Part shown: piece by piece, positions 6,448 through 12,748 of the stretch
Numbering within the stretch: position 1 is the first letter of the stretch
How the letters are laid out: the number at the start of each line of letters is the position of its first letter
Assembly (NCBI GenBank): GCA_046726415.1
Contig: JBKPAK010000179.1
Location: forward strand, 1-12,748
Length of the DNA: 12,748 nucleotides
From: Candidatus Methylomirabilota bacterium
GTDB taxonomy: Bacteria > Methylomirabilota > Methylomirabilia > Rokubacteriales > CSP1-6
Direction: 5' to 3'
Notes under the pieces: generated by a model
Databases searched by the model: none
What the model was told of the DNA's origin: nothing
Seen by the model: the letters and a program-made list of their open reading frames with translations, nothing else
Translations under genes and position numbers: made by a program

Positions 6448-7257
6448 TCAGGCTCCCACACCCCAGGCGATGGTGTTGCGCAGCAACGCGATGAACGCGT
6501 CGGTCTCCCACGAGCCTCGAAAGGTGAGCGGCGTCGTGTCCGTGGGATCGGCGGCTCGGGCGGCGCGAATGGCGGGATTGTGGCAGTGGCCGAGCGCGAG
6601 GTACGTGACGCCGCCCTTGCCGACGTCGCGGGTGTAGCCGAGCACGCGGGTCCTGCCATCTGGCCGCAGCGACGTGTCCGAGGGGTAGAGGGTGCCGATG
6701 GTGGGCGACGCGGCGTCCGGGCCGTAGTCGGCGGTCAGCAAGATTCGCGTCGAATCCGGGTCCTGAAGCTCGACGAAGTACGGCTCGTCCTCGACGTCGA
6801 AGGACGCGCCGAGCCCGCGGGTCAGACGACCGTCGCCGGCTCCCACGTCGACGCGAATCTTGCAGATCGGGGGATGGGTCAGGAAGTAGCTCCCGAGGAG
6901 CGCGTGGTGCTCGGTCTTGACGGTGCGGCGCTGTCGCATGCCTTCCACCCGCTCGGCGCGGCCGCCGCTGGTGCCGTGCAGGCCCAGCCAGCGGCCGCCC
7001 TCTTCCAGCCAGCGCCGGATGGCGCGGCATTGCTCAGCGTCGGGGTACGGGCCGGCCACGTAGGTGATCAGGAGCCGGCTCACGGGCAGCCACCGCTCGA
7101 CATCCGCGAAGTCGTTGGCCACCGAGGCGGAAACGTCCTGCTCCGCCAGGAGCTCGAGCAGTCGCCGGCGGGCATAGTCGTGGTCGTGCCCAGCGCTCGA
7201 TCCGGGCGGAAAACCCCCGGCAATGAGGTGCGCGCGTTCGGACTTCGTCTCGGTCAT
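6448..7257 (-). CDS. ThuA domain-containing protein (class I glutamine amidotransferase-like fold, 269 aa)
   Basis: LIAGG...[50 protein letters not shown] and [17 protein letters not shown] before ATG 7257. Confidence 0.85.
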   Translation of the reverse strand: MTETKSERAHLIAGGFPPGSSAGHDHDYARRRLLELLAEQDVSASVANDFADVERWLPVSRLLITYVAGPYPDAEQCRAIRRWLEEGGRWLGLHGTSGGRAERVEGMRQRRTVKTEHHALLGSYFLTHPPICKIRVDVGAGDGRLTRGLGASFDVEDEPYFVELQDPDSTRILLTADYGPDAASPTIGTLYPSDTSLRPDGRTRVLGYTRDVGKGGVTYLALGHCHNPAIRAARAADPTDTTPLTFRGSWETDAFIALLRNTIAWGVGA

Positions 7258-7280
7258 CGAATCACCTCGCTCGCGTTTCG

Positions 7281-8243
7281 TCAACGCACCTTGACGAGCT
7301 TCTGTAAGCTTCGCAGCCCGGGCGGGACGGGCTGGCCTGGGTAGCGGTTTCCCCAGTTGGTGAATGACACTTCGCCGACGTAGATGTCGCCGCGCGAATC
7401 GACGGCGAGCCCGTGCGGCGAGATGAACTGGCCCGGCTCCAGCCCGGCCGGGCGGTGGCCCAGTCGCGCCAGCATCTCGCCCTTTTCGCTGTAGATGCTG
7501 ACCCGCGGCCCGATGTTGGGCATGTCGTAGTTGACCCCCATGCCGCCGCCGATCTCCCCGACGTAGAAGCGCGGGGGCGAGCCCCCCTCCATGAACAGGC
7601 CCGACGGGCGGTGCATGTTGTTCCACTGCGCCTCGTACTTGCCGTTGCCGTCGAAAACCTGAACGCGATGATTCTCGCGGTCGGCGACGTAGACCCAGCC
7701 GCCGGAGTCACAGCAGATGTTGTGGGGAATGTTGAACTGCCCCGGATCGGTGCCGGGCTCGCCCCAGGAGAGGAGCAAGGTGCCGTTCGGGGCGAACTTG
7801 TGGACGCGCGCATTGCCATAGCCGTCGGAAACGTAGAGATCGCCCTGCGGGGACAGCGCCGTGTGCGTGCAGCGGTGAAATGGCTCGCCGCTCATGTAGG
7901 GTCTCGGCGCAGCGGGGATGCCGAGGGTGAGCAGCACCTTGCCGTCGAGCGTGCAGTGTCGGACGGTGTGGTCCCCGTCATCGGTCAGCCAGAGGGTGTC
8001 GTCGGGCGCCATGTGGACGCCATGGGCCCGGTGAAACAGGCCTTCGCCCCAGGACCGGAGAAAATTGCCGTCGCGGTCGAACACGACCATCGGGTGCTGG
8101 CCTCGATTGAACGCGTACACCCGGTCCTGCGAATCGACCCCGACCGCGGCGACGTCGGCGTTGAATTCTCGTCCCGGCGGCAGCTTCGCCCACTGATCGA
8201 CGACCTCGTAACGATATCCACCGGTGCCTAGGATGACCGCCAT
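7281..8243 (-). CDS. NHL-repeat beta-propeller, peptidyl-alpha-hydroxyglycine alpha-amidating lyase (PAL)-like (320 aa)
   Basis: NHL blades (VGVDSQDRVY, AHGVHMAPDDTLW, LYVSDGYGNARVHKF, FNIPHNI..D..GWVYVADRENHRVQVFD, FISPHGLAVDSRGDIYVGE). PAL-type DGY and DREN motifs and three His are present. Confidence 0.88.
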   Translation of the reverse strand: MAVILGTGGYRYEVVDQWAKLPPGREFNADVAAVGVDSQDRVYAFNRGQHPMVVFDRDGNFLRSWGEGLFHRAHGVHMAPDDTLWLTDDGDHTVRHCTLDGKVLLTLGIPAAPRPYMSGEPFHRCTHTALSPQGDLYVSDGYGNARVHKFAPNGTLLLSWGEPGTDPGQFNIPHNICCDSGGWVYVADRENHRVQVFDGNGKYEAQWNNMHRPSGLFMEGGSPPRFYVGEIGGGMGVNYDMPNIGPRVSIYSEKGEMLARLGHRPAGLEPGQFISPHGLAVDSRGDIYVGEVSFTNWGNRYPGQPVPPGLRSLQKLVKVR

Positions 8244-8278
8244 CGGGCGTTCCCTCTCTTCCGTGGTGACATGCTGCG

Positions 8279-8284
8279 ATTATA
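8279..8284 (-). promoter_or_regulatory. Consensus -10 box (TATAAT) upstream of the NHL/PAL-ThuA genes
   Basis: Plus strand attata = TATAAT on minus, 35 nt before ATG 8243, with SD-like AGAGGGA in between. It stands out in GC-rich DNA; no clear -35 box. Confidence 0.55.
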
Positions 8285-8633
8285 GGGCCGAGGCGGCCCC
8301 ACCCGCCGACCGGGCGGCCCGCCTCCTGGATCATGAAGGATCCTCGCTTCGCGATCTGATTCGGCCCTAGAGTAGGGACGGACGCGTGGACGAGCAGCGA
8401 GCGAAGGTCATCCCACCTGGCCGATCGACCCGTGAGTTGGGAGCGCACGGTAGCGGGGATCGCCTGCACGTCGGCGGTGAAGAGAACGACGCGATCGTGG
8501 GCGGCGTGCTGGCGCCATCGGACGCGACCATGTCGAACAGGAGCGCTACCTGCAGACGAATGCGGACCCGGGTTCCGAAGCGGCCACACGCTGCTCTCTC
8601 GGTGGTTCGCCTGCCCCGCTGACGCGACTTTCG

Positions 8634-10445
8634 ATGGCTCATCGCGAAACCGCGCCGCGGGAGGAGTACGGACGGCGGGAGGCCGGATACCGCGCGCGCG
8701 CGGCGGACGCTGCGCGGCGGGAGGAGATGATCTCGCGGGCTCGCCTCGGCGTCGCGCTCGCGGCCGCGCTGATTGCGTGGCTGGCCTTCAGCGCGGGCCG
8801 GCTGTCGTCGTGGTGGCTCGTGGCGCCGGCCGCGGCCTTCGTGGTCCTGCTCGCCCTCCACGGGCGAATGCGGCAGCGCCGTCTCCGTGCGGAGCGAGGT
8901 GCCGCGTACTACCGGCGGGGGCTGGCGCGCCTCGACGGGCAGTGGGCGGGGGCCGGGCACGCCGGAGCGCGCTTCCGCGATCCCCACCATCCATATGCCG
9001 ACGACCTCGACCTTTTCGGCGAGGGCTCGCTGTACGAGCTGCTCTGCGAGGCGCGGACGAGCATGGGCGAGGAAACGCTGGCCGCCTGGCTGCTGGCGCC
9101 GTCGGATCTCGCCGCGGTGCGCGCGCGCCAGGCGGCCGTGAAGGTGCTGGCGCCGCGCCTCGACCTCCGGGAGGACCTGGCTGCCCTCGGCGAGGAAGTG
9201 GCGGCAACGGTTCGCCCTGACGCCCTCGTCACCCTGGCGGCACCGAACGAACGCACGCGGGGCACGCGGCTTCGCCTGGGCGCGGCCGGCATTTCCGCGG
9301 TAGCGTTGGCGGCCGTTGCGTCGTGGGCGGTCGGCTGGGCGCCGCCGATCCTGGCGCTCGCCGCGCTGGCCGTCCAAGGCGTGGTCGACTGGCGGCTGCG
9401 GCAGCATGTGCGGGCCGCTGACCGGGCGGTGGCCGGGCACGGGCCCGATCTCCAGCTGCTGGCCGCGGTGCTCGAGCGGTTCGAGGACGAGCCGACGGGG
9501 AGCACACTGCTCGACCAGCTCCACGCGAACCTGGTCACCGATGGGTTGCGTCCCTCGCGGGCGGTGCGGAGGCTGCGCGTCTGGGTGGATCTGCTCGATT
9601 CCCGACGCAACCAGTTCTTCGCTCCCTTCGCGCTCGCCAGCATGTGGGGCGCGCACTGCGCCCTGGCCATCGGGGCCTGGCGCGCCCGGCACGGCGGCGC
9701 CGTCGGGGCGTGGCTGGCCGCGGTGGGACAGCTCGAGGCCCTCTGCTCGTTGGCGGGCTACGCGTGGGAGCACGCGGCCGACGTCTATCCCAGCCTCGAG
9801 GAGGGCGAGGCGCGCTTCGAGGCGGAGGCGCTCGGCCACCCCCTCATCCCCGAGGCGCATTGCGTCCGCAACGACGTGGTGCTCGGCGGCGCCACCCGCG
9901 TCCTGATGGTCAGTGGCTCGAACATGTCGGGCAAGAGCACCTTGCTGCGGTCGGTGGGCACCAACGCGGTGCTGGCGCAGGCCGGCGCGCCGGTTCGGGC
10001 GGCGCGGCTCCGGCTCTCACACCTTTCGCTGGGGGCCACGCTGCGTATCCGAGATTCGCTGCAGGAGGGCACCTCGCGCTTCTACGCGGAGCTCGTCCGG
10101 CTGCGCGACATTGTCCGCACCGCCGGGGGACCGATCCCTCTGCTGTTCCTGCTCGACGAGATTCTCCACGGGACCAACTCGCATGACCGCCGCCTCGGGG
10201 CCGCGGCCGTCGTGCGCGGCCTGGTGCGGCGGGGCGCCATTGGGCTGGTCACCACCCACGATCTGGCCCTGTCGGAGGTCGTGGACGATCCCGAGGTCCG
10301 TGCCGTCAACGTGCATTTCGAGGACCGGCTCGACGATGGGAAGATGGTGTTCGACTACCGGATGCGCCCCGGCGTGGTCCGCACGTCGAACGCGCTGGCC
10401 CTGATGCGGACACTCGGGCTCTGGTCCGACGCCCAGTCCTGCTGA
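8634..10445 (+). CDS. Membrane-anchored MutS-like ATPase (MutS domain V family, 603 aa)
   Basis: HPYADDLDLFG..SL, LGHPLI, Walker A SGSNMSGKST, SRFYAE, Walker B LLFLLDEILHGTNS, TTHD, FDY...PG and several hydrophobic segments. No mismatch-binding GxFYE motif or Smr domain. Confidence 0.9.
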   Translation: MAHRETAPREEYGRREAGYRARAADAARREEMISRARLGVALAAALIAWLAFSAGRLSSWWLVAPAAAFVVLLALHGRMRQRRLRAERGAAYYRRGLARLDGQWAGAGHAGARFRDPHHPYADDLDLFGEGSLYELLCEARTSMGEETLAAWLLAPSDLAAVRARQAAVKVLAPRLDLREDLAALGEEVAATVRPDALVTLAAPNERTRGTRLRLGAAGISAVALAAVASWAVGWAPPILALAALAVQGVVDWRLRQHVRAADRAVAGHGPDLQLLAAVLERFEDEPTGSTLLDQLHANLVTDGLRPSRAVRRLRVWVDLLDSRRNQFFAPFALASMWGAHCALAIGAWRARHGGAVGAWLAAVGQLEALCSLAGYAWEHAADVYPSLEEGEARFEAEALGHPLIPEAHCVRNDVVLGGATRVLMVSGSNMSGKSTLLRSVGTNAVLAQAGAPVRAARLRLSHLSLGATLRIRDSLQEGTSRFYAELVRLRDIVRTAGGPIPLLFLLDEILHGTNSHDRRLGAAAVVRGLVRRGAIGLVTTHDLALSEVVDDPEVRAVNVHFEDRLDDGKMVFDYRMRPGVVRTSNALALMRTLGLWSDAQSC

Positions 10446-10529
10446 CGGTCGCCCAGCCGAGCCCAGGACGGCGTCCTCACCAGGATCGAGGCTCGTCGAT
10501 GGATGACTGGCGTCACGCCTCTTCTTCGT

Positions 10530-11465
10530 CTACGCCTCGAAGATCGCCTGGGGGTTCTCCACGAGCATCTGCTCGATTTGATCTTCGCTGACCCCGGACT
10601 TGCGGAGCGCCGGCAGGATGTCGTCGGGGATGTGGTTGTAGTGCCAGAGCGGCCGGGTCCGGCGCTTGTCGTCCTCGGAGACCATGTCGGTCCAGCAGTT
10701 GGCGTCGTGCGAGAGGACCATCTTGCCAGCGTAGCCTTCGGCGCAGAGCCGGGCGAGCACGTCGACCCGCTTCGCGGTGGGCAGGAAGTGCTCGAGGCCG
10801 AAGCGGTCCATCCCGATCGTGCTGCCGCGCTCCATCAACCCGCGCAGGTAGCCCAGGTCGTCACTGTCGCCGCTGTGGCCGATGATGACGCGGCGGAGGT
10901 CCACCCCCTCCTGCGCGAAGATTGCCTGCTGCGCCTCGCCCGATCGGCCCGCGGCCCAGGTGTGGGTCGAGATCGGCACCCCGGTCGCCCTCTGGGCCCG
11001 CGCGGATGCTCTCAGAATGTTCTCGATCACCGGGGTCACGCCGGCGGTGTCGGTGGCGCACTTGATGATGGCGGCCTTGACCCCGCTCGTGCCGATGCCT
11101 TTGGTGATGTCGCGGATGAACAACTCCGCCACCGCATCGACGCCGTGGGCGCTGAAGTACCGCTGCGGCATCCACCAGACACCGGTGGCGACGATCACGT
11201 GAACCGGAGACCGGTGAGCCACATCGACGATCAGGTCGATGTCACGGCCCAGATCGACGGTGGTCAGGTCGACGATCGCGCGGATGCCCCGAGCGTAGAG
11301 ATCAGCCAGCTTCCGCTCGGCGATCGCCAGGATGGCATCTCGGTCGAAGAGGTGGGGCCAGTTCTCGTGCACCCCAGGGGAGCGCGTGACGATGTGCTCG
11401 TGCATCAAGGTAGGGCCGAGCTGAGCCGTGGCCACCGGGCCGAGTGCTGTTTGCACTGTTGTCAT
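10530..11465 (-). CDS. Phosphotriesterase-family amidohydrolase (phosphotriesterase-like lactonase, 311 aa)
   Basis: Full binuclear metal set: TLMHEH, IIKCA (carboxylated Lys position), ISTH, IIGH and LSHD, plus GMDRFG and C-terminal ENP. SD GGAGG before ATG 11465. Confidence 0.93.
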   Translation of the reverse strand: MTTVQTALGPVATAQLGPTLMHEHIVTRSPGVHENWPHLFDRDAILAIAERKLADLYARGIRAIVDLTTVDLGRDIDLIVDVAHRSPVHVIVATGVWWMPQRYFSAHGVDAVAELFIRDITKGIGTSGVKAAIIKCATDTAGVTPVIENILRASARAQRATGVPISTHTWAAGRSGEAQQAIFAQEGVDLRRVIIGHSGDSDDLGYLRGLMERGSTIGMDRFGLEHFLPTAKRVDVLARLCAEGYAGKMVLSHDANCWTDMVSEDDKRRTRPLWHYNHIPDDILPALRKSGVSEDQIEQMLVENPQAIFEA

Positions 11466-11500
11466 GCTGGCCTCCAGATCTGAGAAATGCCCGCTGGGGG

Positions 11501-11509
11501 AGCGTAGCA
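11501..11509 (-). promoter_or_regulatory. Putative extended -10 promoter for the phosphotriesterase-family gene
   Basis: Minus strand TGCTACGCT (TGnTAnnnT), 35 nt upstream of ATG 11465. Confidence 0.45.
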
Positions 11510-11569
11510 TCCACCGATGGCGGCGCGTTCGAGGTTCACTTCCCGGCCTGAGCCTTCGGGCACTCGGCG

Positions 11570-11575
11570 TACAAT
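11570..11575 (+). promoter_or_regulatory. Putative -10 box for the SMP-30 gene
   Basis: TACAAT lies 46 nt upstream of ATG 11622; strong SD GAGGAGG at 11611-11617. Confidence 0.45.
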
Positions 11576-11621
11576 CCGGCTCGAACGCTTCCACCCACGA
11601 ATCGCGAATCGAGGAGGAGGC

Positions 11622-12530
11622 ATGTCACTTCTGGAAGCGCACGACTCCGGCCTTCACGATCTCATCGCCCCCGACGTCTCCCTGGAGCGCATCGCCGGCG
11701 GGCTGACGTTCACGGAAGGGCCGGTGTGGCGCGGCACGCACCTGCTCTTCAGCGACATCCCGAACAAGCGGATCGTGCGCTGGCGCCGCCTGCCCGAGGG
11801 CCCGGAGCTGACCACCTATGCCAGGGGTAGCTCCAATGGCTTGACCCTGGATCACCAAGGACGGGTGCTTGCGGCGGAGCACGACGGCCGCCGGGTGACC
11901 CGCGTCGCCGACGACGGCGCCCGCACAGTCCTGGCGGAGCAGTTCCAGGGCAAGCGGCTCAACAGTCCCAACGACATCGTGGTCAAGTCCGACGGCTCTA
12001 TCTACTTCACCGACCCGCCGTACGGCGTCCAACCCAGCACGCCGGGCGTGCCCCGGCCCGCGAGCTGGTGGACCAAGCCCATACCGGGAAAAGAGCAGCC
12101 CTGCAATGGCGTGTATCGCCTCGCCCCTGACGGGACCTTACACCTGCTCGTGGACGACTTTGCGCTGCCGAACGGCCTTGCCTTCTCGCCCGACGAGTCT
12201 GTCCTGTACGTCGACGACTCAGCTCACAAGCACATCCGGGCATTTGCCGTACGTTCGGATGGCACGCTGACCAACGGCCGAGTCCTGCTGGACATGGCGT
12301 CGGAGGATCCCGGCGTGCCCGACGGTCTCAAGGTGGACGGGCGAGGCCATGTCTTTTGCACCGGGCCTGGCGGTGTGTGGGTGTGCCGCCCAGACGGGGT
12401 TCTGCTGGGGCGCATTGTCCTGCCCGAGCTCCCGGCGAACCTGGCCTGGGGCGAAGATGGAAGCATCCTCTTCCTCACCGCGCGCACCAGCGTGTACCGA
12501 CTGCCGACCAAGACGCGCGGCCCGCTCTGA
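11622..12530 (+). CDS. SMP-30/gluconolactonase/LRE family six-bladed beta-propeller lactonase (302 aa)
   Basis: FTEGPVW, LFSDIP, SNGL, LNSPND, FTDPPYG, PNGLAFSPDE, PDGLKVD and PANLAWG. Metal ligands E/N/N/D are retained. SD-supported ATG 11622; no signal peptide. Confidence 0.94.
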   Translation: MSLLEAHDSGLHDLIAPDVSLERIAGGLTFTEGPVWRGTHLLFSDIPNKRIVRWRRLPEGPELTTYARGSSNGLTLDHQGRVLAAEHDGRRVTRVADDGARTVLAEQFQGKRLNSPNDIVVKSDGSIYFTDPPYGVQPSTPGVPRPASWWTKPIPGKEQPCNGVYRLAPDGTLHLLVDDFALPNGLAFSPDESVLYVDDSAHKHIRAFAVRSDGTLTNGRVLLDMASEDPGVPDGLKVDGRGHVFCTGPGGVWVCRPDGVLLGRIVLPELPANLAWGEDGSILFLTARTSVYRLPTKTRGPL

Positions 12531-12558
12531 GCTGAGTGGTCCGCCGCAACGTCGCGCA

Positions 12559-12748
12559 TCACCGCTCGTAGACCGCGAGCACGGACTTCTCCCCGCGCAG
12601 CGTGGTCAGCACGACCGACTGGATCGCCGGCTCGCGCAGGAGGCGCTCGGCCGTCTCGCGCGCCGGCGTCCGATCTGGGAGAGTCTCCACCTTGTTGATC
12701 AGGGCCACGACCCTGGCGCCGACAGGGACGCGCTTCCGTCCCCCCTCG
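12559..12748 (-). CDS. yqeC: YqeC-like selenium-dependent molybdenum hydroxylase accessory protein, C-terminal part (5'-truncated by window)
   Basis: Frame from 12747 reads EGGRKRVPVGARVVALINKVETLPDRTPARETAERLLREPAIQSVVLTTLRGEKSVLAVYER*. GG.K..P..ARV...INKV(D/E) resembles the YqeC C-terminus. Only 62 residues are visible. Confidence 0.6.
   Translation of the reverse strand, partial: EGGRKRVPVGARVVALINKVETLPDRTPARETAERLLREPAIQSVVLTTLRGEKSVLAVYER

Noticed and set aside
6306..6659. N-terminal extension of the 506-aa PLP ORF, including the HEHE (gagcac x3) repeat
   Set aside because: It overlaps the ThuA gene, and family similarity begins at MLDVPLLR. The short repeat is too small to support a function.
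7258..7626. Extension of the ThuA ORF to 392 aa
   Set aside because: It overlaps the NHL gene in another frame. A good SD and ATG at 7257 give the natural start.
8386..8622. 78-aa plus-strand ORF upstream of the MutS-like gene
   Set aside because: No recognisable domain and unconvincing composition. It cannot be supported without a search.
8634..10445. Canonical mutS or mutS2 call
   Set aside because: Too short, no GxFYE mismatch-binding motif, no Smr domain, and it has hydrophobic membrane-like segments.
10446..10529. Terminator between the convergent MutS-like and PTE-family genes
   Set aside because: Only 5-6-bp stems (aggac/gtcct, cgagcc/ggctcg), which are expected by chance at this GC content.
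1..12748. CRISPR array, tRNA/rRNA, IS element, prophage or defence island
   Set aside because: I saw no regularly spaced direct repeats, RNA gene signatures, transposase, integrase or nuclease motifs, and no obvious compositional shift.

Overview
High-GC bacterial chromosomal window holding a mosaic of metabolic genes. No rRNA, tRNA, CRISPR array, transposase or integrase was recognised. Gene order: 3' end of a xanthine-dehydrogenase/CoxL-type molybdopterin subunit (+); atypical SDR lacking the catalytic Tyr (+); tandem two-domain NIPSNAP protein (-); hopanoid side-chain genes hpnI-hpnJ (-, overlapping, no hpnK); a co-oriented trio of a PAL-like NHL propeller, a ThuA-like protein and a Cys-less class V PLP enzyme (-); a membrane-anchored MutS-domain-V ATPase (+); a divergent pair of unrelated lactonase folds (phosphotriesterase-like - / SMP-30 +); and the 3' end of a YqeC-like gene (-). 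The spacers hold the less obvious signal. They contain short gene remnants: a TRAP fused permease piece, a transaldolase C-terminus and a probable frameshifted receiver domain. They also contain an exact sigma-54 -24/-12 motif with an 18-bp inverted repeat about 105 nt upstream, pointing toward hpnIJ, plus several -10 boxes in leaderless-type geometry. The gene mix is reminiscent of Candidatus Rokubacteria (Methylomirabilota), but that is an unverified impression. I cannot demonstrate a new system; the best leads are the sigma-54/hpnIJ region, the PAL-ThuA-PLP trio and the lactonase pair. All family calls come from motif recognition by eye, not database searches.
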